NCBI RefSeq assembly: GCF_964355755.1
Contig: NC_092671.1
Coordinates: 21,655,317-21,719,316, forward strand
Direction of reading: 5' to 3'
Length of the DNA: 64,000 nt
Source: Antedon mediterranea
Taxonomy: Eukaryota > Animalia > Echinodermata
Under the pieces are notes generated by a model. It was not told where the DNA came from and made no database searches. It saw nothing but the letters and a program-made list of their open reading frames with translations. The position numbers were made by a program, and so were the translations under genes. Shown here one piece after another: positions 40,001-55,000 of the stretch (within the stretch, counting starts at the first letter, position 1; every line of letters starts with the position of its first letter).

Positions 40001-43000
40001 AGTGCTTAGAATAGCTTCAAATCGCATTTGGAGACGTTTTAGACCATTTTTTGATTTTCGAAAAAACTTGTTAACATAAAAACATCAAAGTGCTAAGAAT
40101 AGCTTCAAATCGAATTTGGAGACATTTTAGACCAATTATTGATTTTCGAAAAAACTTGGTTACACAAAAACATCAAAGTGGTTAAAATCACATTATAAAC
40201 CGTTTTAGACCATTTTGAGCATTTCGATAACACTTTTCACACAAAAACATCAAAGTGCTTAGAATAGCTTCAAATCACATTTGGAGACGTTTTAGACCAT
40301 TTTGTGATTTTCGAAAAAAACTTTTTAACATAAAAACACCAAACTGCTAAGAATAGCTTCAAATCGCATATGGAGACAATTTAGACCATTTTGTGATTTT
40401 CGAAAAAACTTGTTAACATAAAAACACCAAAGTGCTTAGAATACCTTCAAATCGCATTTGGAGACATTTTAGACCATTTTGTGATTTTCGAAAAAACTTG
40501 TTAACATAAAAACATCAAAGTGCTAAGAATAGCTTCCAATCGCATTTGGAGACGTTTTAGACCATTTTGTGATTTTCGAAAACAACTTGTTAACATAAAA
40601 ACACCAAAGTGCTTAGAATAGCTTCAAATCGCATTTGGAGACGTTTTAGACCAATTTGTGATTTTCGAAAAAACTTGGTTACACAAAAACATCAAAGTGG
40701 ATAAAATCACATTATAACCCGTTTTAGACCATTTTGAGCATATCGATAACACTTTTCACACAAAAACATCAAAGACCACAATATAGCTTAATATCGTATT
40801 TAAAAACGTTTTAGACCATTTTGAGCATTTCGACAAAACTTTTTCACACAAAACACCAAAGTGCTTAGAATAGCTTCAAATCGCATTTGGAGACGTTTTA
40901 GACCATTTTGTGATTTTCGAAAAAACTTGTTAACATAAAAACATCAAAGTGCTAAGAATAGCTTCAAATCGCATTTGGAGACATTTTAGACCAATTAGTG
41001 ATTTTCGAAAAAACTTGGTTACACAAAAACATCAAAGTGGTTAAAATCACATTGTAAACCGTTTTAGACCATTTTGAGCATTTCGATAACACTTTTCACA
41101 CAAAAACATCAAAGTGCTTAGAATAGCTTCAAATCGCATTTGGAGACGTTTTAGACCATTTTGTGATTTTCGAAAAAAACTTTTTAACATAAAAACACCA
41201 AACTGCTAAGAATAGCTTCAAATCGCATATGGAGACAATTTAGACCATTTTGTGATTTTCGAAAAAACTTGTTAACATAAAAACACCAAAGTGCTTAGAA
41301 TACCTTCAAATCGCATTTGGAGACATTTTAGACCATTTTGTGATTTTCGAAAAAACTTGTTAACATAAAAACATCAAAGTGCTAAGAATAGCTTCCAATC
41401 GCATTTGGAGACGTTTTAGACCATTTTGTGATTTTCGAAAACAACTTGTTAACATAAAAACACCAAAGTGCTTAGAATAGCTTCAAATCGCATTTGGAGA
41501 CGTTTTAGACCAATTTGTGATTTTCGAAAAAACTTGGTTACACAAAAACATCAAAGTGGATAAAATCACATTATAAACCGTTTTAGACCATTTTGAGCAT
41601 TTCGATAACACATTTCACACAAAAACATCAAAGAGCACAAAATAGCTTAATATCGTATTTAAAAACGTTTTAAACCATTTTGAGCATTTCGACAAAACTT
41701 TTTCACACAAAACACCAAAGTGTACAGAATAGCTTCAAATCGCATTTGGAGACGTTTTAGACCATTTTGTGATTTTCGAAAAAACTTGTTAATATAAAAA
41801 CACCAAAGTACTTAGAATAGCTTCAAATCGCATTTGGAGACGTTGTAGACCATTTTGTGATTTTCGAAAAAACTTGTTAACATAAAAACACCAAAGTTTA
41901 CAGAATAGCTTCAAATCGCATTTGGAGACGTTTTAGACAATTTTGTGCATTTCGATGAAACTTGGTTACACAAAAACATCAAAGTGCTTAAAATCACATT
42001 ATAAACCGTTTTAGACCATTTGAGCATTTCCATAACACTTTTCACACAAAAACATCAAAGGGCACAATATAGCTTAATATCCTATTTAAAAACGTTTTAG
42101 ACCATTTTGAGCATTTCGACAAAACTTTTTCACACAAAACACCAAAGTGCTTAGAATACCTTCAAATCGCATTTGGAGACGTTTTAGACCATTTTGTGAT
42201 TTTCGAAAAAACTTGTTAACATAAAAACACCAAAGTGCTTAGAATAGCTTCAAATCGCATTTGGAGACGTTTTAGACCATTTTGTGATTTTCGAAAAAAC
42301 TTGTTAACATAAAAACACCAAAGTGTTTAGAAAAGCTTCAAATCGCATTTGGAGACGTTTTAGACCATTTTGTGATTTTCGAAAAAACTTGTTAACATAA
42401 AAACACCAAAGTGTTTAGAAAAGCTTCAAATCGCATTTGGAGACGTTTTAGACCATTTTGGGATTTTCGAAAAAACTTGTTAACATAAAAACACCAAAGT
42501 GCTTAGAATAGCTTCAAATCGCATTTGGAGACGTTTTAGACCATTTTGTAATTTTCAAAAAAACTTGTTAACATAAAAACACCAAAGTTCTTAGAATAGC
42601 TTCAAATCGCATTTGGAGACGTTTTAGACCATTTTGTGCATTTCGATGAAACTTGGTTACACAAAAACATCAAAGTGCTTAAAATCACATTATAAACCGT
42701 TTTAGACCATTTGAGCATTTCGATAACACTTTTCACACAAAAACATCAAAGGGCACAATATAGCTTAATATCCTATTTAAAAACGTTTTAGACCATTTTG
42801 AGCATTTCGACAAAACTTTTTCACACAAAACACCAAAGTGCTTAGAATACCTTCAAATCGCATTTGGAGACGTTTTAGACAATTTTGTGATTTTCGAAAA
42901 AACTTGTTAACATAAAAACATCAAAGTTTACAGAATAGCTTCAAATCGCATTTGGAGACGTTTTAGACAATTTTGTGATTTTCGAAAAAACTTGTTAACA

Positions 43001-46000
43001 TAAAAACACCAAAGTGCTTAGAATAGCTTCAAATCGAATTGGGAGACGTTTTAGACCATTTTGTGATTTTCGAAAAAACTTGTTAACATAAAAACATCAA
43101 AGTGTACAGAATAGCTTCAAATCGCATTTGGAGACGTTTTAGACCATTTTGTGATTTTCGAAAAAACTTGTTAACATAAAAACACCAAAGTGCTTAGAAT
43201 AGCTTCAAATCGCATTTGGAGACGTTTTAAACCATTTTGTGATTTTCGAAAAAACTTGTTAACATAAAAACACCAAAATGTTTAGAATAGCTTCAAATCG
43301 CATTTGGAGACGTTTTAGACCATTTTGTGATTTTCGAAAAAACTTGTTAACACAAAAACACCAAAGTGATTAGAATAGCTTCAAATCGCATTTGGAGACG
43401 TTTTAGACCATTTTGTGCATTTCGATGAAACTTGGTTACGCAAAAACATCAAAGTGCTTAAAATCACATATAAACCGTTTTAGACCATTTTGAGCATATC
43501 GATAACACTTTTTACACAAAACACCAAAGTGCTTAGAATAGCTTCAAATCGCATTTGGAGACGTTTTAGACCATTTTGTGATTTTCGACAAAACTTTTTC
43601 ACACAAAACACCAAAGTGCTTAGAATACCTTCAAATCGCATTTGGAGACGTTTTAGACCATTTTGTGATTTTCGAAAAAACTTGTTAACATAAAAACATC
43701 AAAGTGTACAGAATAGCTTCAAATCGCATTTGGAGACGTTTTAGACCATTTTGTGATTTTCGAAAAAACTTGTTAACATAAAAACACCAAAGTGCTTAGA
43801 ATAGCTTCAAATCGCATTAGGAGACGTTTTAGACCATTTTGTGATTTTCGAAAAAACTTGTTAACATAAAAACACCAAAGTGCTTAGAATAGCTTCAAAT
43901 CGCATTTGGAGACGTTTTAGACCATTTTGTGATTTTCGAAAAAACTTGTTAACATAAAAACACCAAAATGTTTAGAATAGCTTCAAATCGCATTTGGAGA
44001 CGTTTTAGACCATTTTGTGATTTTCGAGAAAACTTGTTAACACAAAAACACCAAAGTGATTAGAATAGCTTCAAATCGCATTTGGAGACGTTTTAGACCA
44101 TTTTGTGCATTTCGATGAAACTTGGTTACGCAAAAACATCAAAGTGCTTAAAATCACATTATAAACCGTTTTAGACCATTTTGAGCATATCGATAACACT
44201 TTTCACACAAAAACATCAAAGAGCACAATATAGCTTAATATCGTATTTAAAAACGTTTTAGACCATTTTGAGCATTTCGACAAAACTTTTTCACACAAAA
44301 CACCAAAGTGCTTAGAATAGCTTCAAATCGCATTTGGAGACGTTTTAGACCATTTTGTGATTTTCGAAAAAACTTGTTAACATAAAAACATCAAAGGGCT
44401 AAGAATAGCTTCAAATCGCATTTGGAGACATTTTAGACCAATTAGTGATTTTCGAAAAAACTTGGTTACACAAAAACATCAAAGTGGTTAAAATCACATT
44501 ATAAACCGTTTTAGACCATTTTGAGCATTTCGATAACACTTTTTACACAAAAACATCAAAGTGCTTAGAATAGCTTCAAATCGCATTTGGAGACGTTTTA
44601 GACCATTTTGTGATTTTTGAAAAAAACTTTTTAACATATAAACACCAAACTGCTAAGAATAGCTTCAAATCGCATATGGAGACAATTTAGACCATTTTGT
44701 GATTTTCGAAAAAACTTGTTAACATAAAAACACCAAAGTGCTTAGAATACCTTCAAATCGCATTTGGAGACATTTTAGACCATTTTGTGATTTTCGAAAA
44801 AACTTGTTAATATAAAAACACCAAAGTACTTAGAATAGCTTCAAATCGCATTTGGAGACGTTGTAGACCATTTTGTGATTTTCGAAAAAACTTGTTAACA
44901 TAAAAACACCAAAGTTTACAGAATAGCTTCAAATCGCATTTGGAGACGTTTTAGACAATTTTGTGCATTTCGATGAAACTTGGTTACACAAAAACATCAA
45001 AGTGCTTAAAATCACATTATAAACCGTTTTAGACCATTTGAGCATTTCCATAACACTTTTCACACAAAAACATCAAAGGGCACAATATAGCTTAATATCC
45101 TATTTAAAAACGTTTTAGACCATTTTGAGCATTTCGACAAAACTTTTTCACACAAAACACCAAAGTGCTTAGAATACCTTCAAATCGCATTTGGAGACGT
45201 TTTAGACCATTTTGTGATTTTCGAAAAAACTTGTTAACATAAAAACACCAAAGTGCTTAGAATAGCTTCAAATCGCATTTGGAGACGTTTTAGACCATTT
45301 TGTGATTTTCGAAAAAACTTGTTAACATAAAAACACCAAAGTGTTTAGAAAAGCTTCAAATCGCATTTGGAGACGTTTTAGACCATTTTGTGATTTTCGA
45401 AAAAACTTGTTAACATAAAAACACCAAAGTGTTTAGAAAAGCTTCAAATCGCATTTGGAGACGTTTTAGACCATTTTGGGATTTTCGAAAAAACTTGTTA
45501 ACATAAAAACACCAAAGTGCTTAGAATAGCTTCAAATCGCATTTGGAGACGTTTTAGACCATTTTGTAATTTTCAAAAAAACTTGTTAACATAAAAACAC
45601 CAAAGTTCTTAGAATAGCTTCAAATCGCATTTGGAGACGTTTTAGACCATTTTGTGCATTTCGATGAAACTTGGTTACACAAAAACATCAAAGTGCTTAA
45701 AATCACATTATAAACCGTTTTAGACCATTTGAGCATTTCGATAACACTTTTCACACAAAAACATCAAAGGGCACAATATAGCTTAATATCCTATTTAAAA
45801 ACGTTTTAGACCATTTTGAGCATTTCGACAAAACTTTTTCACACAAAACACCAAAGTGCTTAGAATACCTTCAAATCGCATTTGGAGACGTTTTAGACAA
45901 TTTTGTGATTTTCGAAAAAACTTGTTAACATAAAAACATCAAAGTTTACAGAATAGCTTCAAATCGCATTTGGAGACGTTTTAGACAATTTTGTGATTTT

Positions 46001-49000
46001 CGAAAAAACTTGTTAACATAAAAACACCAAAGTGCTTAGAATAGCTTCAAATCGCATTGGGAGACGTTTTAGACCATTTTGTGATTTTCGAAAAAACTTG
46101 TTAACATAAAAACATCAAAGTGTACAGAATAGCTTCAAATCGCATTTGGAGACGTTTTAGACCATTTTGTGATTTTCGAAAAAACTTGTTAACATAAAAA
46201 CACCAAAGTGCTTAGAATTGCTTCAAATCGCATTTGGAGACGTTTTAAACCATTTTGTGATTTTCGAAAAAACTTGTTAACATAAAAACACCAAAATGTT
46301 TAGAATAGCTTCAAATCGCATTTGGAGACGTTTTAGACCATTTTGTGATTTTCGAAAAAACTTGTTAACACAAAAACACCAAAGTGATTAGAATAGCTTC
46401 AAATCGCATTTGGAGACGTTTTAGACCATTTTGTGATTTTCGAAAAAACTTGTTAACATAAAAACACCAAAGTGATTAGAATAGCTTCAAATCGCATTTG
46501 GAGACGTTTTAGACCATTTTGTGCATTTCGATGAAACTTGGTTACGCAAAAACATCAAAGTGCTTAAAATCACATTATAAACCGTTTTAGACCATTTTGA
46601 GCATATCGATAACACTTTTTACACAAAACACCAAAGTGCTTAGAATAGCTTCAAATCGCATTTGGAGACGTTTTAGACCATTTTGTGATTTTCGACAAAA
46701 CTTTTTCACACAAAACACCAAAGTGCTTAGAATACCTTCAAATCGCATTTGGAGACGTTTTAGACCATTTTGTGATTTTCGAAAAAACTTGTTAACATAA
46801 AAACATCAAAGTGTACAGAATAGCTTCAAATCGCATTTGGAGACGTTTTAGACCATTTTGTGATTTTCGAAAAAACTTGTTAACATAAAAACACCAAAGT
46901 GCTTAGAATAGCTTCAAATCGCATTAGGAGACGTTTTAGACCATTTTGTGATTTTCGAAAAAACTTGTTAACATAAAAACACCAAAGTGCTTAGAATAGC
47001 TTCAAATCGCATTTGGAGACGTTTTAGACCATTTTGTGATTTTCGAAAAAACTTGTTAACATAAAAACACCAAAATGTTTAGAATAGCTTCAAATCGCAT
47101 TTGGAGACGTTTTAGACCATTTTGTGATTTTCGAAAAAACTTGTTAACACAAAAACACCAAAGTGATTAGAATAGCTTCAAATCGCATTTGGAGACGTTT
47201 TAGACCATTTTGTGCATTTCGATGAAACTTGGTTACGCAAAAACATCAAAGTGCTTAAAATCACATTATAAACCGTTTTAGACCATTTTGAGCATATCGA
47301 TAACACTTTTCACACAAAAACATCAAAGAGCACAATATAGCTTAATATCGTATTTAAAAACGTTTTAGACCATTTTGAGCATTTCGACAAAACTTTTTCA
47401 CACAAAACACCAAAGTGCTTAGAATAGCTTCAAATCGCATTTGGAGACGTTTTAGACCATTTTGTGATTTTCGAAAAAACTTGTTAACATAAAAACATCA
47501 AAGGGCTAAGAATAGCTTCAAATCGCATTTGGAGACATTTTAGACCAATTAGTGATTTTCGAAAAAACTTGGTTACACAAAAACATCAAAGTGGTTAAAA
47601 TCACATTATAAACCGTTTTAGACCATTTTGAGCATTTCGATAACACTTTTTACACAAAAACATCAAAGTGCTTAGAATAGCTTCAAATCGCATTTGGAGA
47701 CGTTTTAGACCATTTTGTGATTTTTGAAAAAAACTTTTTAACATATAAACACCAAACTGCTAAGAATAGCTTCAAATCGCATATGGAGACAATTTAGACC
47801 ATTTTGTGATTTTCGAAAAAACTTGTTAACATAAAAACACCAAAGTGCTTAGAATACCTTCAAATCGCATTTGGAGACATTTTAGACCATTTTGTGATTT
47901 TCGAAAAAACTTGTTAACATAAAAACATCAAAGTGCTAAGAATAGCTTCCAATCGCATTTGGAGACGTTTTAGACCATTTTGTGATTTTCGAAAACAACT
48001 TGTTAACATAAAAACACCAAAGTGCTTAGAATAGCTTCAAATCGCATTTGGAGACGTTTTAGACCAATTTGTGATTTTCGAAAAAACTTGGTTACACAAA
48101 AACATCAAAGTGGATAAAATCACATTATAAACCGTTTTAGACCATTTTGAGCATATCGATAACACTTTTCACACAAAAACATCAAAGACCACAATATAGC
48201 TTAATATCGTATTTAAAAACGTTTTAGACCATTTTGAGCATTTCGACAAAACTTTTTCACACAAAACACCAAAGTGCTTAGAATAGCTTCAAATCGCATT
48301 TGGAGACGTTTTAGACCATTTTGTGATTTTCGAAAAAACTTGTTAACATAAAAACATCAAAGTGCTAAGAATAGCTTCAAATCGAATTTGGAGACATTTT
48401 AGACCAATTAGTGATTTTCGAAAAAACTTGGTTACACAAAAACATCAAAGTGGTTAAAATCACATTATAAACCGTTTTAGACCATTTTGAGCATTTCGAT
48501 AACACTTTTCACACAAAAACATCAAAGTGCTTAGAATAGCTTCAAATCGCATTTGGAGACGTTTTAGACCATTTTGTGATTTTCGAAAAAAACTTTTTAA
48601 CATAAAAACACCAAACTGCTAAGAATAGCTTCAAATCGCATATGGAGACAATTTAGACCATTTTGTGATTTTCGAAAAAACTTGTTAACATAAAAACACC
48701 AAAGTGCTTAGAATACCTTCAAATCGCATTTGGAGACATTTTAGACCATTTTGTGATTTTCGAAAAAACTTGTTAACATAAAAACATCAAAGTGCTAAGA
48801 ATAGCTTCCAATCGCATTTGGAGACGTTTTAGACTATTTTGTGATTTTCGAAAACAACTTGTTAACATAAAAACACCAAAGTGCTTAGAATAGCTTCAAA
48901 TCGCATTTGGAGACGTTTTAGACCAATTTGTGATTTTCGAAAAAACTTGGTTACACAAAAACATCAAAGTGGATAAAATCACATTATAAACCGTTTTAGA

Positions 49001-52000
49001 CCATTTTGAGCATTTCGATAACACATTTCACACAAAAACATCAAAGAGCACAAAATAGCTTAATATCGTATTTAAAAACGTTTTAAACCATTTTGAGCAT
49101 TTCGACAAAACTTTTTCACATAAAACACCAAAGTGTACAGAATAGCTTCAAATCGCATTTGGAGACGTTTTAGACCATTTTGTGATTTTCGAAAAAACTT
49201 GTTAATATAAAAACACCAAAGTACTTAGAATAGCTTCAAATCGCATTTGGAGACGTTGTAGACCATTTTGTGATTTTCGAAAAAACTTGTTAACATAAAA
49301 ACACCAAAGTTTACAGAATAGCTTCAAATCGCATTTGGAGACGTTTTAGACAATTTTGTGCATTTCGATGAAACTTGGTTACACAAAAACATCAAAGTGC
49401 TTAAAATCACATTATAAACCGTTTTAGACCATTTGAGGATTTCCATAACACTTTTCACACAAAAACATCAAAGGGCACAATATAGCTTAATATCCTATTT
49501 AAAAACGTTTTAGACCATTTTGAGCATTTCGACAAAACTTTTTCACACAAAACACCAAAGTGCTTAGAATACCTTCAAATCGCATTTGGAGACGTTTTAG
49601 ACCATTTTGTGATTTTCGAAAAAACTTAACATAAAAACATCAAAGTTTACAGAATAGCTTCAAATCGCATTTGGAGACGTTTTAAACCATTTTGTGATTT
49701 TCGAAAAAACTTGTTAACATAAAAACACCAAAATGTTTAGAATAGCTTCAAATCGCATTTGGAGACGTTTTAGACCATTTTGTGATTTTCGAAAAAACTT
49801 GTTAACACAAAAACACCAAAGTGATTAGAATAGCTTCAAATCGCATTTGGAGACGTTTTAGACCATTTTGTGATTTTCGAAAAAACTTGTTAACATAAAA
49901 ACACCAAAGTGATTAGAATAGCTTCAAATCGCATTTGGAGACGTTTTAGACCATTTTGTGCATTTCGATGAAACTTGGTTACGCAAAAACATCAAAGTGC
50001 TTAAAATCACATTATAAACCGTTTTAGACCATTTTGAGCATATCGATAACACTTTTTACACAAAACGCTAAAGTGCTTAGAATAGCTTCAAATCGCATTT
50101 GGAGACGTTTTAGACCATTTTGTGATTTTCGACAAAACTTTTTCACACAAAACACCAAAGTGCTTAGAATACCTTCAAATCGCATTTGGAGACGTTTTAG
50201 ACCATTTTGTGCATTTCGATGAAACTTGGTTACGCAAAAACATCAAAGTGCTTAAAATCACATTATAAACCGTTTTAGACCATTTTGAGCATATCGATAA
50301 CACTTTTTACACAAAACGCTAAAGTGCTTAGAATAGCTTCAAATCGCATTTGGAGACGTTTTAGACCATTTTGTGATTTTCGACAAAACTTTTTCACACA
50401 AAACACCAAAGTGCTTAGAATACCTTCAAATCGCATTTGGAGACGTTTTAGACCATTTTGTGATTTTCGAAAAAACTTGTTAACATAAAAACATCAAAGT
50501 GTACAGAATAGCTTCAAATCGCATTTGGAGACGTTTTAGACCATTTTGTGATTTTCGAAAAAACTTGTTAACATAAAAACACCAAAGTGCTTAGAATAGC
50601 TTCAAATCGCATTAGGAGACGTTTTAGACCATTTTGTGATTTTCGAAAAAACTTGTTAACATAAAAACACCAAAGTGCTTAGAATAGCTTCAAATCGCAT
50701 TTGGAGACGTTTTAGACCATTTTTTGATTTTCGAAAAAACTTGTTAACATAAAAACACCAAAGTTCTTAAAATAGCTTCAAATCGCATTTGGAGACGTTT
50801 TAGACCATTTTGTGATTTTCGAAAAAACTTGTTAACATAAAAACACCAAAGTGTTTAGAAAAGCTTCAAATCGCATTTGGAGACGTTTTAGACCATTTTG
50901 GGATTTTTGAAAAAACTTGTTAACATAAAAACACCAAAGTGCTTAGAATAGCTTCAAATCGCATTTGGAGACGTTTTAGACCATTTTGTAATTTTCAAAA
51001 AAACTTGTTAACATAAAAACACCAAAGTTCTTAGAATAGCTTCAAATCGCATTTGGAGACGTTTTAGACCATTTTGTGCATTTCGATGAAACTTGGTTAC
51101 ACAAAAACATCAAAGTGCTTAAAATCACGTTATAAACCGTTTTAGACCATTTGAGCATTTCGATAACACTTTTCACACAAAAACATCAAAGGGCACAATA
51201 TAGCTTAATATACTATTTAAAAACGTTTTAGACCATTTTGAGCATTTCGACAAAACTTTTTCACACAAAACACCAAAGTGCTTAGAATACCTTCAAATCG
51301 CATTTGGAGACGTTTTAGACAATTTTGTGATTTTCGAAAAAACTTGTTAACATAAAAACATCAAAGTTTACAGAATAGCTTCAAATCGCTTTTGGAGACG
51401 TTTTAGACAATTTTGTGATTTTCGAAAAAACTTGTTAACATAAAAACACCAAACTGCTAAGAATAGCTTCAAATCGCATATGGAGACAATTTAGACCATT
51501 TTGTGATTTTCGAAAAAACTTGTTAACATAAAAACACCAAAGTGCTTAGAATAGCTTCAAATCGCATTTGGAGACGTTTTAGACCATTTTGTAATTTTCG
51601 AAAAAACTTGTTAACATAAAAACACCAAAATGTTTAGAATAGCTTCAAATCACATTTGGAGACGTTTTAGACCATTTTGTGATTTTCGAAAAAACTTGTT
51701 AACACAAAAACACCAAAGTGATTAGAATAGCTTCAAATCGCATTTGGAGACGTTTTAGACCAATTTGTGCATTTCGATGAAACTTGGTTACGCAAAAATA
51801 TCAAAGTGCTTAAAATCACATTATAAACCGTTTTAGACCATTTTGAGCATATCGATAACACTTTTCACACAAAAACATCAAAGAGCACAATATAGCTTAA
51901 TATCTTATTTAAAAACGTTTTAGACCATTTTGAGCATTTCGACAAAACTTTTTCACACAAAACACCAAAGTGCTTAGAATAGCTTCAAATCGCATTTGGA

Positions 52001-55000
52001 GACGTTTTAGACCATTTTGTGATTTTCGAAAAAACTTGTTAACATAAAAACATCAAAGTGCTAAGAATAGCTTCAAATCGCATTTGGAGACATTTTAGAC
52101 CAATTAGTGATTTTCGAAAAAACTTGGTTACACAAAAACATCAAAGTGGTTAAAATCACATTATAAACCGTTTTAGACCATTTTGAGCATTTCGATAACA
52201 CTTTTCACACAAAAACATCAAAGTGCTTAGAATAGCTTCAAATCGCATTTGGAGACGTTTTAGACCATTTTGTGATTTTCGAAAAAAACTTTTTAACATA
52301 AAAACACCAAACTTCTAAGAATAGCTTCAAATCGCATATGGAGACAATTTAGACCATTTTGTGATTTTCGAAAAAACTTGTTAACATAAAAACACCAAAG
52401 TGCTAAGAATAGCTTCAAATCGCATATGGAGACAATTTAGACCATTTTGTGATTTTCGAAAAAACTTGTTAACATAAAAACACCAAAGTGCTTAGAATAC
52501 CTTCAAATCGCATTTGGAGACGTTTAAGACCATTTTGTGATTTTCGAAAAAACTTGTTAACATAAAAACACCAAAGTGCTTAGAATAGCTTCAAATCGCA
52601 TTTGGAGACGTTTTAGACCAATTTGTGATTTTCGAAAAAACTTGGTTACACAAAAACATCAAAGTGGATAAAAGCACATTATAAACCGTTTTAGACCATT
52701 TTGAGCATTTCGATAACACATTTCACACAAAAACATCAAAGAGCACAAAATAGCTTAATATCGTATTTAAAAACGTTTTAAACCATTTTGAGCATTTCGA
52801 CAAAACTTTTTCACACAAAACACCAAAGTGTTTAGAAAAGCTTCAAATCGCATTTGGAGACGTTTTAGACCATTTTGGGATTTTCGAAAAAACTTGTTAA
52901 CATAAAAACACCAAAGTGCTTAGAATACCTTCAAATCGCATTTGGAGACGTTTTAGACCATTTTGTGATTTTCGAAAAAACTTGTTAACATAAAAACACC
53001 AAAGTGCTAAGAATAGCTTCAAATCGCATTTGGAGACGTTTTAGACCAATTTGTGATTTTCGAAAAAACTTGGTTACACAAAAACATCAAAGTGCTTAAA
53101 ATCACATTATAAAACCGTTTTAGACCATTTTGAGCATTTCGATAACACTTTTCACAAAAAAACATCAAAGAGCATAAAATAGGTTAATATCGTATTTAAA
53201 AACGTTTTAGACCATTTTGAGCATTTCGACAAAACTTTTTCACACAAAACACCAAAGTGTACAGAATAGCTTAATATCGTATTTAAAAACGTTTTAGACC
53301 ATTTTGTGATTTTCGAAAAAACTTGTTAACATAAAAACACCAAAATGTTTAGAATAGCTTCAAATTGCATTTGGAGACGTTTTAGACCATTTTGTGATTT
53401 TCGAAAAAACTTGTTAACACAAAAACACCAAAGTGATTAGAATAGCTTCAAATCGCATTTGGAGACGTTTTAGACCATTTTGTGATTTTCGAAAAAACTT
53501 GTTAACATAAAAACACCAAAGTGATTAGAATAGCTTCAAATCGCATTTGGAGACGTTTTAGACCATTTTGTGCATTTCGATGAAACTTGGTTACGCAAAA
53601 ACATCAATGTGCTTAAAATCACATTATAAACCGTTTTAGACCATTTTGAGCATATCCATAAAACTTTTTACACAAAACACCAAAGTGCTTAGAATAGCTT
53701 CAAATCGCATTTGGAGACGTTTTAGACCATTTTGTGATTTTCGACAAAACTTTTTCACACAAAACACCAAAGTGCTTAGAATACCTTCAAATCGCATTTG
53801 GAGACGTTTTAGACCATTTTGTGATTTTCGAAAAAACTTGTTAACATAAAAACATCAAAGTGTACAGAATAGCTTCAAATCGCATTTGGAGACGTTTTAG
53901 ACCATTTTGTGATTTTCGAAAAAACTTGTTAACATAAAAACACCAAAGTGCTTAGAATAGCTTCAAATCGCATTAGGAGACGTTTTAGACCATTTTGTGA
54001 TTTTCGAAAAAACTTGTTAACATAAAAACACCAAAGTGCTTAGAATAGCTTCAAATCGCATTTGGAGACGTTTTAGACCATTTTGTGATTTTCGAAAAAA
54101 CTTGTTAACATAAAAACACCAAAATGTTTAGAATAGCTTCAAATCGCATTTGGAGACGTTTTAGACCATTTTGTGATTTTCGAAAAAACTTGTTAACACA
54201 AAAACACCAAAGTGATTAGAATAGCTTCAAATCGCATTTGGAGACGTTTTAGACCATTTTGTGCATTTCGATGAAACTTGGTTACGCAAAAACATCAAAG
54301 TGCTTAAAATCACATTATAAACCGTTTTAGACCATTTTGAGCATATCGATAACACTTTTCACACAAAAACATCAAAGAGCACAATATAGCTTAATATCGT
54401 ATTTAAAAACGTTTTAGACCATTTTGAGCATTTCGACAAAACTTTTTCACACAAAACACCAAAGTGCTTAGAATAGCTTCAAATCGCATTTGGAGACGTT
54501 TTAGACCATTTTGTGATTTTCGAAAAAACTTGTTAACATAAAAACATCAAAGTGCTAAGAATAGCTTCAAATCGAATTTGGAGACATTTTAGACCAATTA
54601 TTGATTTTCGAAAAAACTTGGTTACACAAAAACATCAAAGTGGTTAAAATCACATTATAAACCGTTTTAGACCATTTTGAGCATTTCGATAACACTTTTC
54701 ACACAAAAACATCAAAGTGCTTAGAATAGCTTCAAATCACATTTGGAGACGTTTTAGACCATTTTGTGATTTTCGAAAAAAACTTTTTAACATAAAAACA
54801 CCAAACTGCTAAGAATAGCTTCAAATCGCATATGGAGACAATTTAGACCATTTTGTGATTTTCGAAAAAACTTGTTAACATAAAAACACCAAAGTGCTTA
54901 GAATACCTTCAAATCGCATTTGGAGACATTTTAGACCATTTTGTGATTTTCGAAAAAACTTGTTAACATAAAAACATCAAAGTGCTAAGAATAGCTTCCA

